Positions 16,494-26,009 of a stretch of 38,890 nucleotides of DNA are shown here, piece by piece. Below the pieces are notes generated by a model. The model did no database searches. It was not told where the DNA came from and saw only the letters and a list, made by a program, of their open reading frames with translations. Position 1 is the first letter of the stretch; each line of letters starts with the position of its first letter. The position numbers were made by a program, and so were the translations under genes. Where the stretch lies: assembly GCA_964516885.1 (NCBI GenBank), contig CAZEXX010000002.1, positions 3,369 through 42,258 of the forward strand, read 5' to 3'. This DNA is from an uncultured Anaerolineales bacterium (GTDB taxonomy: Bacteria; Chloroflexota; Anaerolineae; B4-G1; SLSP01).

Positions 16494-17756
16494 CTAGATG
16501 ACCGTGCCGTCCGGGATAGTGACGCCCTTGGGAACGATCACCAGGCCATCTTTGATGACGTAGTTCTCAGTCTCCAGATCCTCGGAGTCCTTGCGGCCAC
16601 GGATCACCACGTTGTGTCCGATGCGGACGTTCTTGTCGAGAATTGCGTTCTCGATGACGCTGCCCTCGCCTACACCCATGTCGGGCAGTCCCAGCCGGCG
16701 ATTCTCCTCGATTTGGGCCATCGTTTCATAGAAATCTGCGCCCATCATAACGACCTTGCGTAGGTGAGCGCCGGGGTTGATGATACTGCGCAGCCCGACC
16801 ACACTGTCGGCCACCATTGCATGGTCCAAGCGGCAGCCGGGGGCCAGCACGACCCCGCGAATCGATGAATCGATGACGCGGCTGCCCGAAAGGTATCGCG
16901 GACGCGTGTAGATGGGCCACTCCGGAGCGAAGAAATCAAAGGGTGGGTTGGGCCCGGCCAACGCCAGATTGACTTCATAGAAGGACCGCATTGTACCGAT
17001 GTCCTCCCAGTAGCCCTCGAAGGGATAGGCGTAAACCCGGAGTCCCTTCTTGATGGCTGCCGGAATGATGTCCGTTCCGAAGTCCGAACCTGACTCCTCG
17101 CGCAACGTCTCCACCAGGCTATTGGCTGCGAAGACGTAGATCCCCATAGAGGCCAGATAGGGTTTTTCTCCGTCCCCGCTGGTCAGGTTGGGGAGTTCCT
17201 CCGCAGAAGGTTTCTCCTGCCACTCGGTGATCCGGCCATTGCTGTCCGCCTTCAGGATGCCCAATCGAGGAGCGTCCGCTGCACTTACAGGCTGCGCGGC
17301 TATCGTAATGTCCGCCTGATTTCTCTCGTGGAACTGCACGAAGAGTGAGTAGTCCATCCGGTACAAGTGATCGCCCGCCAGGATGAGGATATTCCGTGGT
17401 TCGGGTACTTGTAGCTGGAAGAGCTGTTTCCGCAGGGCATCCGCTGTTCCCTGATACCAGGACTCGTTGTTCGGTGTCTGTTCCGCGGCCAGAATGCGAA
17501 CCCACCCGCCGGAGAAGGTGTCAAACCGGTAGGTGCGGACGATGTGCCGGTGCAGGGAGACCGAGTTGAACTGGGTCAGCACGTAGATGCCGTTGATCCC
17601 CGAATTGATGCAGTTGCTCATCGGGATGTCGATCAAACGATAGTACCCGGCAAGCGGTACAGCCGGCTTGGCACGGAGCTTTGTGAGAGGATAGAGTCGA
17701 GTTCCGGGTCCCCCTCCCATGATGACGCCCAACGTGTCTTTCATGAAACTCAACAT
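16494..17756 (-). CDS. glgC: Glucose-1-phosphate adenylyltransferase
   Basis: GGGPGTRLYPLT..RAKPAVP, TQFNS, WYQGTADA, GDHLY, DFG, YWEDIGT. Confidence 0.97.
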   Translation of the reverse strand: MLSFMKDTLGVIMGGGPGTRLYPLTKLRAKPAVPLAGYYRLIDIPMSNCINSGINGIYVLTQFNSVSLHRHIVRTYRFDTFSGGWVRILAAEQTPNNESWYQGTADALRKQLFQLQVPEPRNILILAGDHLYRMDYSLFVQFHERNQADITIAAQPVSAADAPRLGILKADSNGRITEWQEKPSAEELPNLTSGDGEKPYLASMGIYVFAANSLVETLREESGSDFGTDIIPAAIKKGLRVYAYPFEGYWEDIGTMRSFYEVNLALAGPNPPFDFFAPEWPIYTRPRYLSGSRVIDSSIRGVVLAPGCRLDHAMVADSVVGLRSIINPGAHLRKVVMMGADFYETMAQIEENRRLGLPDMGVGEGSVIENAILDKNVRIGHNVVIRGRKDSEDLETENYVIKDGLVIVPKGVTIPDGTVI

Positions 17757-17819
17757 GGATATCCCCCTTAACGGTTTCGTGACGACACTCTTTGGAATAC
17801 CAAAGTACTCTCTTGGTCT

Positions 17820-17884
17820 ATTATAGGCAGGTAGTGTGATTAGTAAACCTCCCCGTTTGACTGGCGCTTTGACTGCGCTATAGT
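17820..17884. promoter_or_regulatory. Divergent promoters for glgC and the GT-C gene
   Basis: Minus strand TTTACT(17847-42)-16-TATAAT(17825-20); plus strand TTGACT(17857-62)-16-TATAGT(17879-84). Confidence 0.55.
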
Positions 17885-17923
17885 GTGCCCCGCGTTCCGA
17901 CCATCACGCATGGAAGTGATCCT

Positions 17924-19945
17924 ATGCTAACCAAGCGCCGCATCCACCTGATACTGCTCGTGCTGATCCTGGCTGTGGGGTTTGCTCTCCGGCTCCTGCA
18001 ACCCACACTGGTGGAGTTCAAGCGCGACGAGGCGACCATCGCGCGCCTGGGCCAGGCGATCGCTTACGAGGGGTATCTGCCGGCTGTGGGGGTGGATTCC
18101 TCTCTGGGCATCGACAATCTGCCGTTGACGCTATATCTGGCTGCGCTGCCACTGCGGGTCTGGGCTGACCCCCTGTCGGCGGTGGTCTTCACGTGTCTGC
18201 TCAACAGCCTGGCACTGCTGGTCTGCTACTGGCTGACGCGCACTGGTCTGGGGAAGACTGAGGCGCTGCTAGCGACGCTGTTTTTCGCCGTAAGCCCCTG
18301 GGCCGTGCTGTATGCGCGCAAGATCTGGTCGCGCACACTGCCGATCTTCACCTTGGCTTTTATGGTGTCGCTGTTCCTGACCTTTGTACTGCGGCGCAAG
18401 TGGGCGTTGGTGGGGGCCTTTGTCAGCTTGGCTGGGCTCTTGGGTCTGCAGTTGGAGGCCCTGGCCTTTGTGCCCATCCTGGGATTGGCCATCCTTCTGT
18501 ATCGAGACGCTGTAGCGTGGCGCCCTCTGGTGGTCGGGGGTCTTGTCTTCTGTCTCTTGATGTTGCCCTACGCGCTCCACGATGCGGGCCAAGGATGGCA
18601 GAACACGCTGGGGCTCCTGGGATATGCCGGCGGTGGCGGGGTGTTTTCCTGGGACGCTGTGTGGTACGCTCTCTCATTGCTCGGCGGGCAGGGGATTGAG
18701 GGGCAGGCCGGCCCCTTCTATCTGCAGTTCCGGCAAGAGCTGGGGCCCTTCTGGTGGTTCAACTATGTGTTGAGTGTGCTGTTGGCCGCCTCACTTGTCT
18801 ACGGCGTCGTGGAGGCGTTCCGGAACCACGACCAGAGTCGGCGGCGCACTTTGACACTGATGCTGCTCTGGTTCTTCGTCCCCATCTTGCTGCAGCTTGA
18901 ACCTTCAACTCCGACGCAGCGCCACTATTACGTGATGCACTATCCCGTGCAGTATATGTTGATAGGTGCCTTCCTGGTGCAGGCCGCAGCCTGGGTGATG
19001 CGCTGGACCACGGCCCACGGTCGCGTTGGAATGGCCCAGATTGCCTGGGGTGCAGTCGCGGGTGGCTTGGTGCTTGGGTGCGGCTGGCAGGTGCTGGTCA
19101 CGGCGCACCTGCGCGGCTATATGGTGGCGCATCCGACGACAGGAGGCTATGGCATTCCACTGCGCTACACACGAATGGCCGCGGTCGAGGCGCGGGCCCT
19201 CGCGCCCAAGGGCGAGATCATTGTCCTGGCGGAGGATACTCGGCCGATCATGACGGAGACGCCGACGGTCTTCGATGTGCTGCTCTTTACGGTGCCACAT
19301 CGCTTCGCTGATGGTCGCTCTGCTCTCCCGCTGCCCCAGCGCGAGCAAGTGGCCTACATCGTCGGTCCGCTGGCGCCCCCGGTGGATGGGGACCACCCGT
19401 TGGAGATTGGCCTGTCCCGGCTGGCGTCGCTCTCCCTACTGGAAGGCGGCCCAGTTGTGGAGCTTCCGGATGGTGTGTCGTACAAGACCTATGAGTGGAC
19501 CGGTGCGGATCGCAGTGCCCTTGTCTCGGGGATGGCGCCACTGGCGATGGGCATACCGTTTGCCAACAACGTGGTCTTCGCCGCTTACGAGGCCCCGGTT
19601 CGGGTGTCGGCCGGTGAAAGCTTCGATGTGTGGCTTGCCTGGTGGCTGCGGGCCGGCGTCCCCGGGGACACGGATTATCATTTCACGGTGCAGCTTTTCG
19701 ATGCGGAAGGTGCGCCGGTCAGTCAGGATGACCATGCGGCGTTCGCCTCGGATCAGTGGCAGATGGACGACCTGGTGCTCAGCCGGTTTGGTCTGTCGCT
19801 ACCGCCGGAGCTGGCGCCGGGCACATATCGATTGCGCGCCGGTATGTACACTTACCCCGACATTCAGAGTGTGGCCGTTGTCGATCCTGAAGGCCGCCCT
19901 GTTGATGATGGCGTTACGCTGACCGACGCTTTGGTCGTGGAGTGA
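17924..19945 (+). CDS. GT-C fold (ArnT/PMT, GT39/83-like) membrane glycosyltransferase with extracellular C-terminal beta domain
   Basis: LR...FKRDE after TM1, FAVSPWAV.YARKIW, about 11 TM segments, C-term DY.F.V.L.D..G...Q.D...W...PG.Y.L..GMY domain. Confidence 0.8.
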   Translation: MLTKRRIHLILLVLILAVGFALRLLQPTLVEFKRDEATIARLGQAIAYEGYLPAVGVDSSLGIDNLPLTLYLAALPLRVWADPLSAVVFTCLLNSLALLVCYWLTRTGLGKTEALLATLFFAVSPWAVLYARKIWSRTLPIFTLAFMVSLFLTFVLRRKWALVGAFVSLAGLLGLQLEALAFVPILGLAILLYRDAVAWRPLVVGGLVFCLLMLPYALHDAGQGWQNTLGLLGYAGGGGVFSWDAVWYALSLLGGQGIEGQAGPFYLQFRQELGPFWWFNYVLSVLLAASLVYGVVEAFRNHDQSRRRTLTLMLLWFFVPILLQLEPSTPTQRHYYVMHYPVQYMLIGAFLVQAAAWVMRWTTAHGRVGMAQIAWGAVAGGLVLGCGWQVLVTAHLRGYMVAHPTTGGYGIPLRYTRMAAVEARALAPKGEIIVLAEDTRPIMTETPTVFDVLLFTVPHRFADGRSALPLPQREQVAYIVGPLAPPVDGDHPLEIGLSRLASLSLLEGGPVVELPDGVSYKTYEWTGADRSALVSGMAPLAMGIPFANNVVFAAYEAPVRVSAGESFDVWLAWWLRAGVPGDTDYHFTVQLFDAEGAPVSQDDHAAFASDQWQMDDLVLSRFGLSLPPELAPGTYRLRAGMYTYPDIQSVAVVDPEGRPVDDGVTLTDALVVE

Positions 19946-20257
19946 GAGCCACGTCGGACGCGTGCAGCGGAGGTCAGCAGAGCAACCTGGCGATGGGGTT
20001 CTGAATCGCTGAACCGCTGCGGGGAACGAATCCGCCGAATGCTTGCGTGTGGCGGGCTTGAGGAAGCTGGGGAGGCCAGCCTGCCAATACGGGTGCGGTT
20101 TGGAAAGGGCCAGAGACGCCGAGAGGGCTCTCTGACTGACCGCGGCGCAGTCCCACTTTCATTCGGACCCGCACCCTGGCAGTCTTGGCCTTGAGCTTGG
20201 TCGGTAGTGCAGGTGACTCCCGGCCAAGACTGCCTGTGCGTGATCAGGTTCTTGGAT

Positions 20258-21349
20258 CTAACTCTGGCCCGCGAAACCGGGTTCCGGCGTCGCCTTGATG
20301 ATCTCATCCACGACATCGCTCACAATGGTGAATCCCGCACCGTCGTAGGTCTCGATTGCGCCCTGATCGCCCAACTTGGACATCTCAGGGTCGATGCCGA
20401 TTTCGCCAAGGAACCGCGTGTCGAAGGTCGACGCCAGGGTCGCCGTATCGCCTTTGCCGAAGATCTCATAGCGCTCGCCGCAGTGCGGGCAGATGACGTA
20501 GGACATATTCTCGACCACGCCGATCAGCGGTGTGCCCAAGTGCTCTGCCATGTGCGCGGCCTTGCTGACGACCATGCCGGCCAGGTCCTGCGGCGAGGTC
20601 ACGAGCACGATCCCGGTGACGGGCAGGCTCTGCATCACGGTCAGGGCGGCGTCCGATGTGCCGGGCGGCATATCCACGACCAGAGCGTCCAGATCGCCCC
20701 AGAAGACGTCATTCCAGAACTGGTTGATCGCGTTGGTGATCATCGGCCCGCGCCAGATCACGGCCTGACTCTTGTCCTCGAGCATCAGGTTGATTGACAT
20801 AATCTTGATGCCCATCGAGGTCTGCGGGGGCATAATGCCCAAGGGTGACATCGTGGGGGCGTCGCCGACACCGAAGAGCTTGGGAATGCTGGGACCGGTG
20901 ATGTCGGAGTCAAGCACGCCCACGCGATAGCCCTTGCGCCGCAGCAGCACGGCCAGCATCGCGGCGACGGTGGACTTGCCGACGCCACCCTTTCCACTCA
21001 TCACAGCGATGACGGTCTTGATGCGGTTGAGGTTCCCGGCTGGGAAGTTGCCCTGCTGCTCCTGCCGGCCGCCCAGTTTCTCTCGCAGCGCTTCGCGCTC
21101 TTCCTCATTCATTGAGGCGAGGACGATGTCGACGTTGAGGTCCTCCTCGAGTGCGTCGACAGTACTGCCGGCATCGGCAGAGATGTCGTCCTTGAGTGGA
21201 CAATTGGGCACCGTGAGCGCGATGGTGACTTTGACGTCCTGGCCATTGACCTCGACGTCCCGAACCATGCCCAGATCCACAATGTCGCGGTGGAGTTCTG
21301 GATCGATGACCTGCTCCAGTGCTTTCAGCACCTGTTCCTTTGTAACCAC
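20258..21349 (-). CDS. mrp: Mrp/NBP35 (ApbC) Fe-S cluster carrier ATPase with N-terminal DUF59 domain
   Basis: VIDPEL..DIVDLG, MSGKGGVGKS, WRGPM, DMPPGT, VENMS..CPHC; GTG start after GGAGG. Confidence 0.93.
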   Translation of the reverse strand: MVTKEQVLKALEQVIDPELHRDIVDLGMVRDVEVNGQDVKVTIALTVPNCPLKDDISADAGSTVDALEEDLNVDIVLASMNEEEREALREKLGGRQEQQGNFPAGNLNRIKTVIAVMSGKGGVGKSTVAAMLAVLLRRKGYRVGVLDSDITGPSIPKLFGVGDAPTMSPLGIMPPQTSMGIKIMSINLMLEDKSQAVIWRGPMITNAINQFWNDVFWGDLDALVVDMPPGTSDAALTVMQSLPVTGIVLVTSPQDLAGMVVSKAAHMAEHLGTPLIGVVENMSYVICPHCGERYEIFGKGDTATLASTFDTRFLGEIGIDPEMSKLGDQGAIETYDGAGFTIVSDVVDEIIKATPEPGFAGQS

Positions 21350-21404
21350 GTCTTCCTCCGTTGAGTGTAAGAGTCTGTTGTTTCTGTTGATTCCCAGGAG
21401 AAGG

Positions 21405-21434
21405 CCCCCGAAGAGGGGGTCCCCGAAGAGGGGG
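21405..21434. repeat. Tandem 14-bp repeat forming twin hairpins between def and mrp
   Basis: CCCCGAAGAGGGGG at 21406-19 and 21421-34. Confidence 0.7.
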
Positions 21435-21494
21435 CTGTTCATTCTGCGGCGTCACGCCCCCGTAGCCCGATAGGCATCTTGGGGCTGTGCGTGC

Positions 21495-22043
21495 TCAGAT
21501 TGCAGCTGCTTCCGTGGATTGCATCTGGGCCTCAGTCATTTCCTCTGTGCCCGGCTTGACCTCCCAGATCTTCTCCGGCGCGGTCAGTTTGTCGATGTAG
21601 AGTACACCGTTGAGGTGATCGATCTCGTGCTGAAACACCCTGGCCAGGTAGTCTCGAGGGCGCAGGCGGAACCGTTTTCCATTGATATCCAGACCACGTA
21701 CCAGCACCTCAGTGGCCCGCTCGACTTCGCCAACGTACCCGGGCACGGACAGACATCCCTCAATGCCGGTCTCGACCTCGCGGGATTCCCTCATAATCTC
21801 GGGGTTGATCACCACGAATAGCTTGCCGCTTCCCCACACTTCCTCATCCTCCGGCAGTTCAATGACGATGATACGAGTCAGCTCGCCAATCTGGGGGGCC
21901 GCCAGACCCACCCCATCGGCCTCGACCATGGTCTCGACCATATCCTCGGCCAGTTGCCGAATCTCAGGCGTCATTGCCTGCACCGGGCGTGCTCGCTTAC
22001 GTAGGCGGGGATCCCCAACAGTAATTATCTCCCGCAGAGCCAT
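21495..22043 (-). CDS. def: Peptide deformylase
   Basis: GVGLAAPQIG, EGCLSVP, QHEIDHLNG; GGAGG RBS; TATAAT at 22085-80. Confidence 0.97.
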   Translation of the reverse strand: MALREIITVGDPRLRKRARPVQAMTPEIRQLAEDMVETMVEADGVGLAAPQIGELTRIIVIELPEDEEVWGSGKLFVVINPEIMRESREVETGIEGCLSVPGYVGEVERATEVLVRGLDINGKRFRLRPRDYLARVFQHEIDHLNGVLYIDKLTAPEKIWEVKPGTEEMTEAQMQSTEAAAI

Positions 22044-22114
22044 TTTGCCTCCAAAGAATATCGCAGCCTTTCTTCCGGTATTATACACGGTTGTGCGCCT
22101 GAGTGACGGGCGCG

Positions 22115-24241
22115 TTATGTCTGATCTTGACCTCTGTCCGCTCCTATGTCGCGTCCCATGTCGCGGTGTAGATCGTCATAGGTGGCGAACCAGGTGAGCA
22201 TCTCCTGCTGACGGCGGTTGGATTCGATCTCCCGTTGATGCTGCCGATAGGCGTACTGGCGGTTGGAAATCGTCGACTGGACTTCCTCCGGACGGCGCAC
22301 GAACTTCAGTTCGAACTTACCCTGGGTACCGGCGGTCTCGAACTGCACGTGCCCGTAGTCGAGCGCCCGTGCAACGATATTCGGCACTTCGAACCCCAGG
22401 TTCTGGATGCGGTCGAGCCGCGCTTCGTGCCGGGATTCCTGGAGCAGCAATGGGCGCCTCTCGACAAGGATGATGTGGCTCGACGTCAGTTGGAAGTAGT
22501 CGTTGCGCCAATCCTCCACAAACCAGAGCAGCACACCGAAGACCACAGCTTCGAGCACCAGCCAGCCAACCATCCAGATCAGGAAGTTCTCGGCGCCCCA
22601 TACTGAGCTCAGTACCACGATGCCGCCGAGGGTGCTGACCAGGAAGATCAGGAATGGGGCTGAATAGCGGAGTAGTCCTGGGAGCCAGAAGCGCCGCCAG
22701 ATGATGGTGTCGCCGTCCGTCTCCACCCAGGATGCGGGGAAGAAGTATTCCCATATCGAATTCAGCAGAATGGCGGGCAGGAAGCTGGTGCGCGACTCGG
22801 TGCGGTTCTGGATCACGGTCTGCGGCGACGACGGCGGTGATTCTCCGACCACGAGCCGGCGGGCGAGCATATCGCGGATCTGGCCACGGGTTCGGAGGAG
22901 ATTGCGTGCCTTTGATCGCTCGATCTGCTGTGAGATCAGCCGCCGCATCTCGCCCGGTTGGGGGATGTAGCTCATGTCAATACTCACGGTTTCACCGGCG
23001 GTCTGCAGCACCAAGTTGCCGTAGCCCAGCAGGTTGGCGGAAAAACCGGGTTGGATTTCGTAGAGGTCCTCAATGTTGTCGAGCGCGCTTTCCTCCTGTT
23101 GGGTGGAGAAAGGGCCGACGCGCTCGATGTGGATGACTCTCTGCGTCGTGACGACAAAGAAATCGTCGCGCCAGTTTATATAGTGCCAGATGATGCCGAG
23201 GCTGAGTCCCAAGACGGGCAGCGACAGGATCGCCGCGATCAAGAGACTGGCGGGGCCGCCGGTGATGATAAGGGCAATGATGGCAGGTACGAGGATGAAG
23301 AGGATGGCACCCAGTACCCCCGTTTGGCGGAGGAGGCGGATCCAATGCCGCTGGACGACGACGATCACCCACTCATCGTCACGGATCCAGTCAAACTGCC
23401 GCAGGTTGCGGCGCTTTTCGACCTCTTCTGAGACCATCAGCCGGCGCCGCAGGTAAGGCCGTTGGGCGAGCAGGTCGGTGAACTCGGAGCGCAGTAGGTA
23501 GATAACACGCGCATAGCCGTCGGCGGCTGCGGTCACGTCGTGGAAGTCGCCCACCAGGAGGCCGGTCTCCCCAGCCTCATCGCCGGGCCCCAGTGTGCCG
23601 AGGTCCCGAATTATGCCTTCTTGGTCGACGGCGTTCAGCTGAACGTGCCCGCTGAGTATTAGGAAGAGGCGATCGGAGATCTCGCCCTGTCGGAAGAGCC
23701 ACTCGCCGTTGCCGAAGACCTGCTCGTGTGTGATCTGGGCGATGCTGTACAGCTCAAGCTCGCCGGCACGATCCGAGAGTGCACCGAAGAGGGGGATCTC
23801 TTGCAGCGTGGTAACGAGATGGTTGGGCTTGAGGGGGGCCACCAAGTGTTCGCGCAGATACCGACTCTGCTGATAGATGCGGATCAGGTCGCGGAATGGG
23901 AGTACCAGAGCTAGAGTAGGCACCACCGCTTCGACGGTGACGCGCTCAAGAGTGCCGACTTCCAGGCTGGTGCGTCCCATGGTCACCCCTGCTTCCCTTT
24001 CGCCCAGGTCCTGAACCTCGAGCGGTTGCTCCGGGAGCCGATGGGTGACCTTGACGCGCCCTTCCAGGATCACAATCGTCTTGTTGGGCGTTTCCTCTTC
24101 AAGCAGCAGCACATCGCCGACATCGTAGGCGTGCTGTTCAACGTGGGGCACCAGTCGAAGGAGTTCTTGTTCTCCCTCTTCCTCCAGATCCCAGAACATT
24201 GGGACCTTTTTTAGATGCGCGAGGACTTCGTTCGGTTCCAT
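22115..24241 (-). CDS. Membrane protein with two cyclic nucleotide-binding domains and two TM-hairpin + bacterial PH (bPH_2) modules
   Basis: VPMF/IPLF, LFRQGE..DRLFLILSG, GETGLL; WRDDFFVVTTQRVI...LGYGNL..QTAG and WRNDYF.LT...LDYGHV.FETAG. Alternative start GTG 24274. Confidence 0.8.
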   Translation of the reverse strand: MEPNEVLAHLKKVPMFWDLEEEGEQELLRLVPHVEQHAYDVGDVLLLEEETPNKTIVILEGRVKVTHRLPEQPLEVQDLGEREAGVTMGRTSLEVGTLERVTVEAVVPTLALVLPFRDLIRIYQQSRYLREHLVAPLKPNHLVTTLQEIPLFGALSDRAGELELYSIAQITHEQVFGNGEWLFRQGEISDRLFLILSGHVQLNAVDQEGIIRDLGTLGPGDEAGETGLLVGDFHDVTAAADGYARVIYLLRSEFTDLLAQRPYLRRRLMVSEEVEKRRNLRQFDWIRDDEWVIVVVQRHWIRLLRQTGVLGAILFILVPAIIALIITGGPASLLIAAILSLPVLGLSLGIIWHYINWRDDFFVVTTQRVIHIERVGPFSTQQEESALDNIEDLYEIQPGFSANLLGYGNLVLQTAGETVSIDMSYIPQPGEMRRLISQQIERSKARNLLRTRGQIRDMLARRLVVGESPPSSPQTVIQNRTESRTSFLPAILLNSIWEYFFPASWVETDGDTIIWRRFWLPGLLRYSAPFLIFLVSTLGGIVVLSSVWGAENFLIWMVGWLVLEAVVFGVLLWFVEDWRNDYFQLTSSHIILVERRPLLLQESRHEARLDRIQNLGFEVPNIVARALDYGHVQFETAGTQGKFELKFVRRPEEVQSTISNRQYAYRQHQREIESNRRQQEMLTWFATYDDLHRDMGRDIGADRGQDQT

Positions 24242-24270
24242 ATAATTGATTATAGCATAATCTCTTTTTC

Positions 24271-25410
24271 TCACGCAAGCGCAGCAGCATACCCGTCCAG
24301 GGTCTCACCGGCGGTGCGCTTCCACGAGAATGTCTGTGCCTGTTGTACCGCGTTTGACCTCAGGGCGGCGTGGAACTCGTCGTCAGTCAGCAGCTGGATG
24401 AGAGCGCCGGCCATGCCCTGCACATCCTGTGGAGGGAGCAGCACACCGGCGTTGCCGACCACCTCGGGAATACTGGACTGGTCGCTGCCCACGACGGGCG
24501 TGCCGCAAGCAAGTGCTTCCAGTGGGGGGTATCCGAAGCCCTCATACGTTGAGGGAAAGAGAAAGACCCTGGCCCCACGCAGCAGCGCGGGCTTATCCTC
24601 CTCAAGGACAAACCCGAGGAAGTGGACCGCCTCTTCGGGAATGGTGGCCTCCCGTGCCAGACGGCGGGGATCCGGCGTGAAGGCCGTGTCGGACGTGGGG
24701 AGCCGTCCCGCCACGACCAGCTCGGCATCCTCGCACGCTCTGCGGGTGGTGCTGAAGGTGCCAAAGAGTGCCCGAAGGTTCTTGCGCACATCAAAGCCCC
24801 CGAGATAGAGGCTGTAGCGCGGTGGGCATCGGAGCCTCTCACGGATTTGGCGGTCGCGCGGGCCGGGCCCGGCGGTGAAGTTCTCATCCACAGCGAGATG
24901 AATCGCGCGGACGGTCCTATCCGGCAGATGTAGATGCTCCAGGATGTCCCTGCGGGAGGCTTCGGAGTCAGTGAGCACCATCCGGGCCCGTGATGTTGTG
25001 GCGCTCACCAATGCCGTGTACAGCCTGACCATCGCGTTGCCTCGATACGCCGGAAGCAGCAGCGGGATCAGGTCGTGAACGGTGACGACGGTCGGCACGG
25101 CCCTGCTGGCCGGCGGCGCCCAATAGGGGACGTGAAGCAGGTCCGCGTTCATCCGCCGTGCCAAGCCTGGCACGGTGATCTGCTCCCACCAGACCTTGTG
25201 TACATTGGTCCGTCCGGTGGGGTGTGGCACCAGCGTGACCCTGGCATGGCTTGGGCGACGTTCCGCGTGTGGCGGCAGCCCATAGGGGAGGAGAACCACC
25301 AGTTCCAGGGATGGCTCAAGCGCAGCCAACGCCGTGACCAGCCGCCGGACGTACTGGCCACTGCCGGTTGCGGGCGCGTCCCAGAACCATCCGTTGACGA
25401 CGATACGCAT
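24271..25410 (-). CDS. Glycosyltransferase family 4
   Basis: TVHDL, GGFDVRKN, FPSTYEGFGYPPLEALACG. Confidence 0.93.
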   Translation of the reverse strand: MRIVVNGWFWDAPATGSGQYVRRLVTALAALEPSLELVVLLPYGLPPHAERRPSHARVTLVPHPTGRTNVHKVWWEQITVPGLARRMNADLLHVPYWAPPASRAVPTVVTVHDLIPLLLPAYRGNAMVRLYTALVSATTSRARMVLTDSEASRRDILEHLHLPDRTVRAIHLAVDENFTAGPGPRDRQIRERLRCPPRYSLYLGGFDVRKNLRALFGTFSTTRRACEDAELVVAGRLPTSDTAFTPDPRRLAREATIPEEAVHFLGFVLEEDKPALLRGARVFLFPSTYEGFGYPPLEALACGTPVVGSDQSSIPEVVGNAGVLLPPQDVQGMAGALIQLLTDDEFHAALRSNAVQQAQTFSWKRTAGETLDGYAAALA

Positions 25411-25574
25411 GGGTGCCCTTTCTCAGGTGACCAGCCCTCGTTCTAGGCTTGGGCCGGAGTACCGAATCAGCCGGAGCGGGGGATCGGCGCTATCTGAGAC
25501 ATCTGTGGTTCACAACTGGACATACCACAGGAATTGGGGGGCAGGGAGTCTAGCCCCAAGCTTGAGCGAGGTGC

Positions 25575-25931
25575 CTACTCCCGCAGGTGGATATTGATGG
25601 CCTGCAGCCCGCGGTCAGTGGTCTCTACTTCGTACCAGACCGGGGTGTCCTCTGTGTAACTGCTAATATCTCCATCGACGCCGCTGCGGTGGAAGAAGAC
25701 GTCACTCCCCGCACTCTGTGTGATGAAGCCAAAATGTTTGTCGTCACGATACCATTTGACCACGCCCGCCCTCAATCCCGGGGCAGCATCAACGGGCTCG
25801 CGGCAGCTGGGGCATTTCGTCGGTGTCTCTGCTTCGAGTCCCATTCCCTGCTGGAGGCGCTGCTCCTCTACCCGGTAAACGAAGTTCTTGCTGCAGGTCT
25901 CACACGTCAGTAGCTCATCGCGGAAAGGCAT
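25575..25931 (-). CDS. Zinc-ribbon (CxxC...CxxC, zf-trcl-like) fused to a cold-shock domain
   Basis: DELLTCETC...CPSCR followed by GVVKWY...FGFI...DVFFHRS; GGAG RBS. Confidence 0.88.
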   Translation of the reverse strand: MPFRDELLTCETCSKNFVYRVEEQRLQQGMGLEAETPTKCPSCREPVDAAPGLRAGVVKWYRDDKHFGFITQSAGSDVFFHRSGVDGDISSYTEDTPVWYEVETTDRGLQAINIHLRE

Positions 25932-26009
25932 ATGTTATCTCCAGTGATTTCTCTGATAGCTCGGTCGAGTCTCCAACATTAGAAGGTGGTCTAAGCTTGA
26001 AGATATCTA

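Noticed and set aside
20207-20797. 196-aa plus-strand ORF
   Set aside because: Antisense shadow of mrp
25490-25512. ATCTGAGACATCTGTGGTT as another REP-like half-site
   Set aside because: Single degenerate copy with no partner in the window
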